A stretch of 64,000 bases of DNA from Candidatus Xenobia bacterium. Lineage in GTDB: Bacteria > Vulcanimicrobiota > Xenobia > Xenobiales > QWHO01. Where the stretch lies: contig BTUM01000016.1 in the NCBI GenBank assembly GCA_045863235.1, positions 32,001 through 96,000 of the forward strand, written 5' to 3'. The translations under genes were made by a program, and so were the position numbers. This document shows positions 10,295 through 20,125 of this stretch, in pieces. Position 1 is the first letter of the stretch. The number at the start of each line of letters is the position of its first letter. The notes beneath the pieces are model-generated. The model ran no database searches, was not told where the DNA came from, and saw only the letters and a program-made list of their open reading frames with translations.

Positions 10295-10832
10295 CCCAGT
10301 TGCCGGCCGGGCTCTCGCTGACGTATTTCACCAGCCCCACGCCGCTCGCGTAGTAGCTGGTCTGGTTGAGCGTGCCCCCGGACTGGGTGGTGAGCGTCTC
10401 CACCACCAGGCAGGTGAAGGTCCCCGCTGGCACCTTCACCTGAGCGCTGGCCAGGATGCGGTTGGAGTCCGTGATCTCGCTGCTGCGTCCCAGCCGGCCG
10501 GTCCAGGTCCAGCTGGTGCCGGGCTTCATGGGAAAGCGCAGGTAGGGCCGAGGCGGCTGGTACAGGGCTCTCTCGCCGTCCGGGTCTTCCATCCCGGTGA
10601 GGGAGATGCCGCCCGAGCCCACCTCATACCACTCCTGGGTCAAGACCTGGGGCATGGTGGTGCGCACCAGAGCCCGGTTGCCCTCGGTCTTGACCACCTC
10701 CACAGTGTAGTCGAACGACTGGCGGCCCTTGAACTGGTAAACCCAGCTCAACCCCGAGCCGACCGGAAAGTAGTCGGCTTCTGTCGCCAGCGCGCAGGGC
10801 AGCAGCAGGGCCAGCAGGGCAATCCACCTCAA
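10251..10832 (-). CDS. Secreted hypothetical beta-rich protein
   Basis: Signal peptide; DYFP..G..W.Y and VKVPAGTF.C...YYASGVGLVK patterns; TTG start overlapping upstream stop. Confidence 0.75.
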   Translation of the reverse strand: MRWIALLALLLPCALATEADYFPVGSGLSWVYQFKGRQSFDYTVEVVKTEGNRALVRTTMPQVLTQEWYEVGSGGISLTGMEDPDGERALYQPPRPYLRFPMKPGTSWTWTGRLGRSSEITDSNRILASAQVKVPAGTFTCLVVETLTTQSGGTLNQTSYYASGVGLVKYVSESPAGNWVTVLKSWSGSSPKP

Positions 10833-11800
10833 GACGTCACCCCTTCGGCGGCGGCGCGCTCGAGGTGGGGACGGGCCTCATCCTCTCGGCCCAGGCGACT
10901 CAGGGCCACGCCCAGCCGCAGGCGGGCCAGCGACTGGGTGGGATCGACCTCCAGCGAGCGCAAAAGCCAGGGCAGGCCGGCCTCCATCTGGCCCTGAGCC
11001 AGCTCCAGGTAACCGCGATAGGTCAGGGCCGGAGCGTGCTGGGGATTGAGGCGCACCGCCTCGTCCAGGGCCTCGGCGGCGGCCTGGAAGGCGCCCAGCT
11101 CGAGCTCGGCGCGGGCCAGCTGGTAGCGAAGGTCAGCCGCCTCGGGGGCCAGCGTGACGGCCCGCAGGAAGGCCTCGCGGGCGCCTTCCCAGTTCTCCTG
11201 GCCGGAGCGGGCCAGGCCCAGGGTCATCTGCTGCATGGCCGTGGTGCGGCCCAGGGCGGCCGAGGCTTCAGCGGCTGCGTACTCGCCTCGAAAGAGCTCC
11301 ATCCAGGCCCGATCGACCGGGTCGGTCGCGTCGAGATGGGCCAGGCTGACGGCCGGGTGGCCGCCCCCGGCGCTGACCGGTCCGGGAGCGCGCATGGCCA
11401 GGTAGTCTCTCTTGAGCTGGTGAATGGCGCGGGCTTCAGGCAGGAGCGCGAAGTACTCCTCGGGCGCAAACTCGCGCTCGTGGCCGCGAAACACGCACAC
11501 CTCGGGCAACACGGTGCGCTGCTCGCGGTAATGGCCGAAGGTGCGGCAGGCATAGGGACGATGAGCATAGACCGTGCAGCCGCCCTGGTAGTAGGGGCAG
11601 ACGGCCGCCGCGCCCTCCTCGCGAGCTGCGTAGCGGCGAAAGTCCTCCACCTTCTCGGGACCGACCCGGGCGGCCAGGTAGTCTAGCTCGAGATCGCTGA
11701 CCACGTGCTGAGAAAGGCCCGCGGCCGTGCAACACAGGTTGCAGCTCCCGCAGGGGTTGCCCGGGTGACGGGGCAGGGCGGCGTCGAGACGGGCGAACAA
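10829..11800 (-). CDS. YkgJ-like cysteine-cluster protein with C-terminal TPRs (start uncertain)
   Basis: CGSCNLCC...CPY...CTVYAHRPYACR, then TPR-like helices. Confidence 0.8.
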   Translation of the reverse strand: MFARLDAALPRHPGNPCGSCNLCCTAAGLSQHVVSDLELDYLAARVGPEKVEDFRRYAAREEGAAAVCPYYQGGCTVYAHRPYACRTFGHYREQRTVLPEVCVFRGHEREFAPEEYFALLPEARAIHQLKRDYLAMRAPGPVSAGGGHPAVSLAHLDATDPVDRAWMELFRGEYAAAEASAALGRTTAMQQMTLGLARSGQENWEGAREAFLRAVTLAPEAADLRYQLARAELELGAFQAAAEALDEAVRLNPQHAPALTYRGYLELAQGQMEAGLPWLLRSLEVDPTQSLARLRLGVALSRLGREDEARPHLERAAAEGVTS

Positions 11801-11835
11801 CTCGTCCAGGGCGACGTAGAAGTCGTGCCGGGTGC

Positions 11836-12165
11836 TCAGGTCAGCCAGCGGATGAACTTCCAGACATTGGTCTGGCCCCGTCCCGTCACCTTGATCGACC
11901 AGCCTCCGTCGATGAAGTGGGCCATGAAGGCCGAGCCGCCGTCGTTGAGATTGTAGGTGAACGTGTTGGGCTGGTCGATCCAGGAAGCGTGCGCCACCAG
12001 GCTCTGACCGTTGGGGGTCAGGAAGTGGATGGTGAACTGAGGTTGCTCCCCGTTATAGATGCGCACCGTGTTGCCGGTGGTCGACTGCCACTCGCTGTTC
12101 TTGGGCTCGGCCCGGACCGCCGGAGCCAGAGCCAGGAGGACCAGAAGGCTCAGGATGATTCGCAT
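11836..12165 (-). CDS. Small secreted hypothetical protein
   Basis: Clear signal peptide MRIILSLLVLLALAPAVRA; 109 aa. Confidence 0.7.
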   Translation of the reverse strand: MRIILSLLVLLALAPAVRAEPKNSEWQSTTGNTVRIYNGEQPQFTIHFLTPNGQSLVAHASWIDQPNTFTYNLNDGGSAFMAHFIDGGWSIKVTGRGQTNVWKFIRWLT

Positions 12166-12225
12166 GATCGGGAGGATTCCAGGCCGCGCCAGGGGCCCCT
12201 CCCGGGGGCGGCGAAACTCGCTTTC

Positions 12226-13041
12226 ATGGCAGCCCGCGCACTCTGGAGCGGATCGATCAACTTCGGGATGGTGAATATCCCCGTCAAGCTGTTCTCCGCC
12301 ACCAGCAACCACAACGTCTCCTTCCACCTCCTGCACGCCCCCTGCAAGAGCCGGGTCAAGTACCAGGTCTATTGCCCCGTGCACGAGACCGAGGTGCCCC
12401 GCAGCGACCTGGTCAAGGGCTACGAGTTTGCCAAGAACCAGTACGCGGTGCTGACCGAAGAGGACTTCGAGCAGCTGCCCGTTCCCTCCAGGCAGAGCAT
12501 CGAGCTGTCGGCCTTCGTCAAGCTCGACGAGGTCGATCCGCTCTACTTCGAGCAGAGCTTCTACCTGGCCCCCGATGAGATCGGCAAGAAAGCCTACGCT
12601 CTGCTGGTGCGCTCGCTGCAGGAGAAGGGCCTGGTGGGCATCGCCAAGGTGACCCTGCGCAATCAAGAGCGAGTCTGCGCCCTGCGCGCCAAAGACGGGG
12701 CGGTGGTGCTCTCCACGCTCCACTTTGCCGACGAGATCAAGGCCGTTCCCGAGGGCGTTCCGGGCGATCTCGAGGTGTCGGAGCGCGAGCTGCAGATGGC
12801 CAACACGCTGATCGACCTGTTGACGGCCGAGAAGTTCGAGGCCGGCGAGTTCAAGGACGAGTACCGAGAAGCGCTGATGAAGCTGATCGAGGCCAAGATC
12901 CAGGGCCAGGAGGTGGCCGCCTCGCCGGCTCCCGCGCCGGCCCAGGTGGTGGACCTGATGGCCGCCCTGCGGGCCAGCGTGGAAGCCGCCGAGAAGGCGC
13001 GCCAGAGCCGCCAGTCGGAGCCGAGCGTCAAGGCCGGGTGA
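12226..13041 (+). CDS. ku: Ku non-homologous end-joining protein
   Basis: RALWSGSINFGMVNIPVKL, LVKGYE, FKDEYREAL, VVDLMAALRAS. Confidence 0.95.
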   Translation: MAARALWSGSINFGMVNIPVKLFSATSNHNVSFHLLHAPCKSRVKYQVYCPVHETEVPRSDLVKGYEFAKNQYAVLTEEDFEQLPVPSRQSIELSAFVKLDEVDPLYFEQSFYLAPDEIGKKAYALLVRSLQEKGLVGIAKVTLRNQERVCALRAKDGAVVLSTLHFADEIKAVPEGVPGDLEVSERELQMANTLIDLLTAEKFEAGEFKDEYREALMKLIEAKIQGQEVAASPAPAPAQVVDLMAALRASVEAAEKARQSRQSEPSVKAG

Positions 13042-14069
13042 ACCTCCCCGTCCTGCCCCCGGTGGCCCCCATGCTGGCCAGCCTCAGCCGCGCCTTCCCC
13101 GAGGGTGCCGGCTGGAACTACGAGCCCAAGTGGGACGGCTTTCGCACGCTGATCTTCTTCGACGGCTCCGAGCTCTATCTGCAGAGCCGCGACCTCAAGC
13201 CGATGGGGCGCTACTTCCCCGAGCTGGAGCGCTCTCTGCGGGAGATTCTCCCGCCCCGGGTGGTGCTGGACGGCGAGCTGGTGGTCATCGGGCCGGAAGG
13301 GCTCGATTTCGACGCCCTGCAGATGCGTATCCACCCGGCCGCCTCGCGCATCCAGAAGCTGGCCGCCGAGATCCCCGCCTCCTTCGTGGCCTTCGATCTC
13401 CTGGCCCAGGACGGCCAGAGCCTGATGGCGGTGCCCCAGGTCGAGCGGCGCGCGCAGCTGGAGCGTCTGCTCTCGCAGGTGCCGCGCCCGGTCTACCTCA
13501 CCCCCAGCACCGGCGACCGGGCCCTGGCCGAGGTGTGGTTCCAGCGCTTCGAAGGAGCCGGCCTGGACGGCGTCATCGCCAAGCGCCACGAGCATCCGTA
13601 TCGCCCCGACAAGCGCGACTTCGTGAAGATCAAGCACCAGCGCACCGCTGATTGCGTGGTGGGCGGTTTTCGCTGGGCCAAGGACCAGGAAGGCCAGGCC
13701 GTAGGCTCGCTGCTGCTGGGGCTCTACGATGAGAGCGGCACCCTGCACCACGTGGGCCACACCTCCAGCTTCAAGGCGGCCGAGAAGCGCGAGCTGGTGC
13801 AGCGGCTCGAGCCCTACCGGGGAGGCGACAGCTTCGGCGACGGGCGCACCCCGGGCGCGCCCAGCCGCTGGACGGGCGGCAAGGACCTGAGCTGGGTGAA
13901 GCTGCGCCCCGAGCTGGTGTGCGAGGTGGCCTACGAGAAGCTGCAGCTAGACCGCTTCCGCCACGCCGCCACCTTCTTGCGCTGGCGCACGGACAAACCC
14001 GCCGAGCAGTGCGACTTCGCCCAGATCGACTCTCCCGCCCCCTTCGCGCTCGACGACATCTTCGGCTGA
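13038..14069 (+). CDS. ligC: ATP-dependent DNA ligase, LigC type
   Basis: YEPKWDGFR, LDGE, FDLL, DGVIAK, KIK, RFRH; GAPSRW loop; GTGA overlap with ku. Confidence 0.88.
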   Translation: MNLPVLPPVAPMLASLSRAFPEGAGWNYEPKWDGFRTLIFFDGSELYLQSRDLKPMGRYFPELERSLREILPPRVVLDGELVVIGPEGLDFDALQMRIHPAASRIQKLAAEIPASFVAFDLLAQDGQSLMAVPQVERRAQLERLLSQVPRPVYLTPSTGDRALAEVWFQRFEGAGLDGVIAKRHEHPYRPDKRDFVKIKHQRTADCVVGGFRWAKDQEGQAVGSLLLGLYDESGTLHHVGHTSSFKAAEKRELVQRLEPYRGGDSFGDGRTPGAPSRWTGGKDLSWVKLRPELVCEVAYEKLQLDRFRHAATFLRWRTDKPAEQCDFAQIDSPAPFALDDIFG

Positions 14070-15952
14070 TGCGCGCCCTGCCTATCGCGTTGCTGCTTGC
14101 CCTCTTGATGGTGCGCAACCTGGGCCCGCCCATCGACTTCGACGTCTGGTACCACGTGCGCATCGGCCAGGAGATCCAGCGCACCGGCGCGGTGCCCCAC
14201 TACGATACCCTGACCGGGGCGGCCGACAGGGTGGAGCCGCACTACTACGTCAACGACGAGTGGGGCATGGGCTGGCTTTGCTGGCAGCTCTACGGCAGCT
14301 GGGGCCACGCCGGGCTGGCCTTCGGGCTGGCCGGCCTCATTGGGCTGCTGGCCATGGCTATCTTCCTGGCCTGCCGGGCCGGCGGCGTTCCGGCCCTGCC
14401 GGCCACGCTCTCGGTGCTGCTGGCCGATGCCCTCATGCAGACCCGCTACGCGCTGCGGCCCCACCTGGTCACCCAGCTGCTGGCGGCGGCCATGATCGCC
14501 ATGTTGCTGCGCGCCGAGCGCTCGCCCCGCTGGCTCTGGGGCCTGCCTCCGGTCTTCGTGCTGTGGAGCAACGTGCACGCCGGGGTCTCGCTGGGCGTGG
14601 GGCTGCTGGGCCTGTGGTGGATCGGCTCGCTCTCGAGCTTGGGGCGCTTTCCCCTGAGCTGGCGCCAGCTGGCCCTGCCGACTCTGGGCTGCCTGGTGGC
14701 GCTGCTGTGCCGACCCGACGGCCACAAGCTCCCCATGTACGTGCTCACCCACTTTCGCCGCCCCCAGGTTTATGAGTGGGTGATGGAGTGGCAGCCGCTC
14801 ACGCGGGTCCTGCCCGACTGGTGGATGGGCCCGCTGCCGCTCTACCTGCTGCTGGCCCTGGTCGGCTTTCTGCTGGCCTGGCGCCAGAAGCGCCTCAAGC
14901 TGCCCTACCTCTTCGCCTGCCTGGCCCTGAGCTATTTCACCTTCCGCTGGGTGCGCGCCCTGGGCGAGCTGGGGGCGGTGGGGGTGCCGCTCATGGCCGC
15001 CACCTGGGCCAGCCTCAACTTCCCCGAGCGCCTCACGAAGCTGGCCAGAAGCCCCCTGCTCACGCTCCTCTTGAGCCTGCTCCTGGGCCTCTTGCTGGCC
15101 CGCGAGTGCACCCGCCCGGAGCACTTCCGATTCGAGCCGGGGCGCCACATCTACCCGGTCGGGGCAGTGGAGTTCCTCGAGCGGCATCCCGCCCGGGTGA
15201 TCTTCAACTCCAACCAGTTCGGCGGCTACCTGGTGTTCCGCCACCAGAAGCCGTTCTTTCACAGCGTGATGTCGGCCATCGCCGACCCTCTGCTGCGCGA
15301 CTATTTCGCGCTGCGGCAGAACCCCGAGCAGCTCGGCGAGATGGTCTCGCGCTACGGCCTGGATGCCTTCTTGCTGCACTACGAGTATTTCGACGATCTG
15401 AGCCGGCTGATCGCGGCCCTGGATCAGAGCCCGGACTGGGATCTGGTCTACTTCGACGACGTGGCCGTGCTCTACATGCCCTCCCGGCTGGGGCTACCGG
15501 CCTATCGGGCCCTGCACCCCGGCCGTCCCGACCCGCTCGGAACCGATCCTCTGGCCGCCCGGGCCGAGTTGGAGCGCTATCTGGCCGAGAGTCCCGGAGT
15601 GGCCCGCGGCTGGCTGCTGTGGGCCCTGCTGGGCGAGCGCACGGGCGAGCCGGCCATGCAGGCCGAGGGCTATCAAAAGGTGCTCGAGCTCACTCCCGAC
15701 AATGTGCAGGCCCGATTGGGACGGGCCCGGTTGCGCTTTGCCGCCAGGGACTTCGCCGGCGCCGCGGAGGATGCCCGCGAGGCCGTACGTCTGGCACCCG
15801 GCTACGCGCCGGCTCGCTTCAACCTGGCCGTGGCGCTGGCCGCCCAGAACGACCTGAAGGGGGCTCGGCGCGAGTTGGACCGGTGCCTGCAGCTCGACCC
15901 CGGCTTTCAGCCCGCCATCGAGCTGAAGAACAGGCTGACCCTGGCGCCCTGA
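14069..15952 (+). CDS. Polytopic membrane protein (GT-C-fold glycosyltransferase-like) with C-terminal TPRs
   Basis: DFDVWYH..G.EI loop, RPHL, LWSNVHAG, EWQP; many TM helices; TPR tail; TGATG coupling to ligase. Confidence 0.7.
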   Translation: MRALPIALLLALLMVRNLGPPIDFDVWYHVRIGQEIQRTGAVPHYDTLTGAADRVEPHYYVNDEWGMGWLCWQLYGSWGHAGLAFGLAGLIGLLAMAIFLACRAGGVPALPATLSVLLADALMQTRYALRPHLVTQLLAAAMIAMLLRAERSPRWLWGLPPVFVLWSNVHAGVSLGVGLLGLWWIGSLSSLGRFPLSWRQLALPTLGCLVALLCRPDGHKLPMYVLTHFRRPQVYEWVMEWQPLTRVLPDWWMGPLPLYLLLALVGFLLAWRQKRLKLPYLFACLALSYFTFRWVRALGELGAVGVPLMAATWASLNFPERLTKLARSPLLTLLLSLLLGLLLARECTRPEHFRFEPGRHIYPVGAVEFLERHPARVIFNSNQFGGYLVFRHQKPFFHSVMSAIADPLLRDYFALRQNPEQLGEMVSRYGLDAFLLHYEYFDDLSRLIAALDQSPDWDLVYFDDVAVLYMPSRLGLPAYRALHPGRPDPLGTDPLAARAELERYLAESPGVARGWLLWALLGERTGEPAMQAEGYQKVLELTPDNVQARLGRARLRFAARDFAGAAEDAREAVRLAPGYAPARFNLAVALAAQNDLKGARRELDRCLQLDPGFQPAIELKNRLTLAP

Positions 15953-16289
15953 CCCCTTGCTCCAGCTTCAGATCGATTGATCTGCCGCAGGGGCCACCAG
16001 GATAGATTCCTGGTCGAGGGGGGAGCGTCCTCAGGACGACCGCTTCGAGCGTAAATGATCCTGTGGACCTGTTCTTCTGGCTCGACGACTTCTTGAGGTC
16101 CCGCACGCCTCGAGCGGGCTGGTCGCTCTACGCGATTGAGTCCTTACGCGTCTTCGTCTTGATTCTGTCGACCGCCCTTTTAGCCTATGTCCTGGTGGAC
16201 AACTTCCACGTTCAGTTGCACCTTCCGGGGTAGCCGTTCTGGCCAACGTGGGAATCTACCTGGCCAACAGGCCCTGATGGGGTGGTGTG

Positions 16290-16784
16290 TCAGAGCGCCT
16301 GGTTCTCGCTCTGCAGGGCCTTCCTGGTGGCCTCGATGCGAGGGCGTAGCGTGCCCTGGATGCGGTCGCGGTAGCTCATCGCGTCATGGTAGTTCCGATG
16401 ATACGAATGCTCGTTCTGGTCGCGGTACTCGCCGGCGCAATGATGCAACACGGCTGACCCCACTCCGGTGAATGCGCCCGAGGTGATGACCACGAGGCCA
16501 ACGGGCCACAGCATCGGAACCGAGCGACTGGCCACCAGCATTCCAATCCCCGCCAGGAAGGCGAGGCCTCCGGCCTTCTTGGCGCGACCCAGCTTGCCGC
16601 AGATCTTGCGGCCTCGAGCCGCGCGAGCCTTGTGTTTGTCCGCCGCGTCCAGAGCACAGGTGACCAGCGGCTCGAGCCGGTCGAGCTCCGCCTGATCGTG
16701 TTCCAGCCTCATTTGCAGCGCCCGACGCTCATCGGGAGGCAAGGCGGCTCGGGACGGACTGGCCGGAAAGAGTGTTACGTCCAT
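16290..16784 (-). CDS. Hypothetical protein, coiled coil plus two TM helices
   Basis: 164-aa ORF with hydrophobic hairpin; promoter-like motif directly upstream. Confidence 0.65.
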   Translation of the reverse strand: MDVTLFPASPSRAALPPDERRALQMRLEHDQAELDRLEPLVTCALDAADKHKARAARGRKICGKLGRAKKAGGLAFLAGIGMLVASRSVPMLWPVGLVVITSGAFTGVGSAVLHHCAGEYRDQNEHSYHRNYHDAMSYRDRIQGTLRPRIEATRKALQSENQAL

Positions 16785-16822
16785 ATTGCCAGACTACCCC
16801 GGCACCCTCAAAAAGTGCTCAA
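16785..16822 (-). promoter_or_regulatory. Putative leaderless promoter, variant direct repeat
   Basis: Minus strand TTGAG-CACTTT-TTGAG, 10 nt, TAGTCT, 6 nt, ATG. Confidence 0.55.
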
Positions 16823-16995
16823 ATTGCTTTGGCTACAGCTTTCTTTTGGGACAGTCTTTCGTGTCAGTTGCCCAAGCACCCCTCGCTGCTGTGCACAGCG
16901 GCGCCGAACGCACGCCCACGGGTCCTATCGGATGGGACTTGGACGCGGAGCAGGGGGTCAAACAGTTACGAAAGACAGGCGCCCGACGTGTCGCT

Positions 16996-17024
16996 TTGAC
17001 TTTAGACGCGGAGGCACTTATAAT
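16996..17024 (+). promoter_or_regulatory. Sigma70-type promoter of vapBC (near-leaderless)
   Basis: TTGACT-17 nt-TATAAT, ATG 8 nt downstream. Confidence 0.8.
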
Positions 17025-17032
17025 TGGCACAT

Positions 17033-17251
17033 ATGGCTCAGGTCACTATCTATCTTCCAGACGAGATTCTCAAGCACGTAAAGCGCGAGGCAAAGCGGCG
17101 CAAGATCAGCGTGTCAGCCTACTTGACCTCCCTGGCGAGCCGCGCAGCCAAGCCACCTGAGTGGCCGCCCGACTTTGCGAGTCTCTATGGCTCTTGCCCC
17201 GACCTCAAAGAACCGGAAGACCCGCCGCCTGGTCCCGTAGAAGCTCTGTGA
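17033..17251 (+). CDS. vapB: Antitoxin, ribbon-helix-helix/CopG-like
   Basis: MAQVTIYLPDE...EAKRRKISVSAY RHH pattern; GTGA overlap with PIN toxin. Confidence 0.8.
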   Translation: MAQVTIYLPDEILKHVKREAKRRKISVSAYLTSLASRAAKPPEWPPDFASLYGSCPDLKEPEDPPPGPVEAL

Positions 17252-17643
17252 GCTACCTGCTCGACACGAATATCTGCATCCGCTTCCTGAACGGGACCGA
17301 CTCGGATCTGGCCAAGCGGCTGCTGGACTGCCCACCCGACGAGCTCTTCCTCTGCAGCATCGTCAAGGCCGAGCTTCTTTACGGAGCCCGCAAAAGCGAT
17401 CGCGTCGCGGACAACCTTCTCAGGCTCGAGCGGTTCTTTGCCGCCCTGGAGTCTCTGCCATTCTCGGATGATGCCGCTTCGCAATACGGACTCCTTCGCG
17501 CCCAACTCGAGCGCAGCGGAGAGCTCATCGGCGCAAACGACATGCTTATCGCTTCGATAGCGCTCGCCTGGGACCTCACCCTGGCAACCCGGAACGTGCG
17601 CGAGTTGAGTCGTGTACCTGGACTACGCGTCGAACGTTGGTGA
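17248..17643 (+). CDS. vapC: VapC PIN-domain ribonuclease toxin
   Basis: YLLDTNICI, ELLYGA, IGANDMLIASIAL, TRNVREL.RVPGLRVERW. Confidence 0.93.
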   Translation: MSYLLDTNICIRFLNGTDSDLAKRLLDCPPDELFLCSIVKAELLYGARKSDRVADNLLRLERFFAALESLPFSDDAASQYGLLRAQLERSGELIGANDMLIASIALAWDLTLATRNVRELSRVPGLRVERW

Positions 17644-17917
17644 CGCTTTCGCTCGGGCAATCCACGCGAGTGGCCATTGACGGCCGGTTCCGTGGTCTCG
17701 AAGGACCACTCGCATCTCATTCAACGTTCTTCAGGCTTGTCAGGGTGAGGTAGACCGGAGTGGGCTCGGTCTCCGGTCGCGAATATCGAGCAGGGCGGCG
17801 GCCTGCAGTTCGCCCGGCAGCGCGAGGCTCCCCTCGAACACGACCAGAGCGCGCTCGGGCGCGAGCTCGACGAAAGGAGCTGACCGGACGCCTTCGGTCC
17901 CTACGGCGTGTGACCCG

Positions 17918-20029
17918 TCAGGCGTTGACGGTCTGCTCTTCCAGACGGCCAGCCAGCTCGGCCAGCACCTCGGCCTCGGTCTCGCGGCCGAGCAGGGTCG
18001 AAAGCTGGCTCAGCTTGCGGATGGTGGAAGGCAGCTCGGGGTGCTGGCCGTCCTCGCGGATCTTCAGGGACCGCCGCAGGTGCTTCTCGGCTTCCTCGAA
18101 GTCTTCGGTGGTGATCTGAAGGTCGACGAGCCGCTCCAGGCTGCGGGCCACCTCGGCGTGATCGGGCCCGTAGCGCTTCTCTTTCAGCTCGATGGCCCGC
18201 CGCAGCGAGTTGTCGGCCTCGAAGAAGTCCTCGGTCTGGATGTAGACATCGGCCAGGGCGATCAGGCGCTCGGAGATGTCCACCTCCTCGCCCTGAGCCT
18301 CGGAGAGCTCCAGGGCGCGCTTGAGGAGCGGCTCAGCCTCGGAGGGACGGGTGCGGGAAAGGTAGAGGTGAGCCAGCTTGTCCAGGTGGGGCACCAGGTT
18401 GGGGCTGCTCGCGCCCGACTTGCGCTCGTGGATCTCGACCGCCTTCTTGAGCAGGCTCTCGGCCGCATCGATGTGCTCGCGCGAGGTGTAGAACTCGACC
18501 AGAGCCTCGATGCTCTTGTCGGCGGCCGGATCGTCGGCCTCAGCCCTGAGCTCGACGGCCTGGGCCAGCAACGGCTCGGCTTCCTCCACCCGCCCGAGCT
18601 GGTTGTAGACCTCGGCCAGGCCCTCCAGGGCCGGGGCCAGGTCGGGATGCTCCTCGCCCAGCGTGAGCCGCTGGATGGAGACCCAGCGCTGCATGTAGGG
18701 CTCGGCCGCGTCGAAGCGGCTCAGGCCCAGGTTGATCTGTCCCAGCCTTTGCAGCACCTGGACCAGCTGCGGATGATCGGGCCCGAGCTCGGTCTCCTGC
18801 ACCGTAAGGATGCGGCGGAGCATGGGCTCTGCCTCGGGCAGCTTGCCCTGCAGCACCATGACCTCGGCCAGGCGGAACGAGGAGGCGAGCGACTCGGGAT
18901 GCTTGGGGTCGAGCTTGCTGCGGTGGGTGGCGGCCACCTTGCGCAACAAGGCCTCGGCCTCGGCCAGATTGCCGCGCTGTTGCTGCAATTCGCCCTGGGC
19001 CATCAAGACCTGGGCCACCAGGAGGTGATTGCTGCCATACTCGGCCTGGCGCAACTCCAGGGCGCGCCCGAGATGCTCTTCCACCTCGTCCAGCCGGTTG
19101 AGCGCCATCATCACCTCGCCCAGCTTCAACAGATGCGAGGCCAGCTCGGGATGGTCGTTGCCCAGATTGGCTTCCTGGATGGCCAGGTTGCGCCGCAACA
19201 GCTCTTCAGCCTCCTCGAAGCGGCGCTGTGCAATCATAAGATCGGCCATGTTGGTGAGGATCGTGCCCGTGTCGGGATGGGTATCTCCCAGCACCTTCTC
19301 GCGAATGGCCAGCGCCTTCTGGTAGAGGGGCTCGGCCTCGCTGTAGCGCTCTTGAGCGCGATACAGCTCGGCCAGGTTCTTCAAATCGGTGGCCACGTCG
19401 GGGTGGTCGCCGCCCAGCTCTTGCTCATCGATCTCCAGGGCGCGCAAACAGAGAGGCTCAGCCTCTTCGAAACGCTTGTCGAGATAGCAGATGGCGGCCA
19501 GATTGTTGAGCGTGGCGGCCAGACCGGCGTGGTTGGGCCCGAAAGCCTTCTCGAGGATGTCCAGCGAGCGCGAATAGAGGGGCTCAGCCTCGGTATGCCG
19601 GCCCTGGGCCATGCGCACCGAGGCCAGGTTGCTCAGCTGCTTGGCCACGTCGGGATGCTCCGGCCCAAGGCTGGACTCTTTCAGCATCAAGGCCCGCTCG
19701 GAGTGCGCCTCGGCGGCGGTGAAGTCGCCCCGCATGCTGGCCAGGCCGGCCAGGTTGTCGAGCACGCCCGCGAGCTCGGGGTGAGCCGGGTCGGCGGCCT
19801 CGAAGATCTCCAGGGCGCGCTGGCTGAGGGGTTCGGCCTTGGCAAACTCGCCGTGGGTGGTGTGCAGGGTGGCCAGACGGCTCAAGCTGGTGCCCAGCCG
19901 CACGTCCTCGGCCCCAAAGTTCTTCTCGGCCTCACGGACGGCGGCCCCGTAGAGCTCTTCAGCCTTCTCGTAAAGCCCCTGCTTGAAATATTTGTTACCC
20001 GACTCGAGGTAAGTCTGCCAGACAATCAT
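17918..20029 (-). CDS. Tetratricopeptide repeat protein (42-aa kinesin-light-chain-type repeats)
   Basis: Repeated LG..HP..A..L.NLA.....G....AEPL..RAL.I.E. Confidence 0.92.
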   Translation of the reverse strand: MIVWQTYLESGNKYFKQGLYEKAEELYGAAVREAEKNFGAEDVRLGTSLSRLATLHTTHGEFAKAEPLSQRALEIFEAADPAHPELAGVLDNLAGLASMRGDFTAAEAHSERALMLKESSLGPEHPDVAKQLSNLASVRMAQGRHTEAEPLYSRSLDILEKAFGPNHAGLAATLNNLAAICYLDKRFEEAEPLCLRALEIDEQELGGDHPDVATDLKNLAELYRAQERYSEAEPLYQKALAIREKVLGDTHPDTGTILTNMADLMIAQRRFEEAEELLRRNLAIQEANLGNDHPELASHLLKLGEVMMALNRLDEVEEHLGRALELRQAEYGSNHLLVAQVLMAQGELQQQRGNLAEAEALLRKVAATHRSKLDPKHPESLASSFRLAEVMVLQGKLPEAEPMLRRILTVQETELGPDHPQLVQVLQRLGQINLGLSRFDAAEPYMQRWVSIQRLTLGEEHPDLAPALEGLAEVYNQLGRVEEAEPLLAQAVELRAEADDPAADKSIEALVEFYTSREHIDAAESLLKKAVEIHERKSGASSPNLVPHLDKLAHLYLSRTRPSEAEPLLKRALELSEAQGEEVDISERLIALADVYIQTEDFFEADNSLRRAIELKEKRYGPDHAEVARSLERLVDLQITTEDFEEAEKHLRRSLKIREDGQHPELPSTIRKLSQLSTLLGRETEAEVLAELAGRLEEQTVNA

Positions 20030-20125
20030 CGCTCAGGGCCGTCCATGATCAAGATGCCGATCGCCATTCTTGGCCTGTCTGTCATTCCCCTACACAATCG
20101 AGAATTTCAGCGACGACAGGAGCGG

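Noticed and set aside
15953..16289. Short ORFs in a less GC-rich intergenic patch
   Set aside because: No motif, RBS or codon-bias support on either strand
17720..17743. TTCAA/TTCAG/TCAG cluster resembling the regulon motif
   Set aside because: Spacing 9-10 nt rather than 11 and no credible downstream gene
17918..20029. Periodic DNA similarity suggesting a tandem repeat array
   Set aside because: Explained by 42-aa TPR coding repeats
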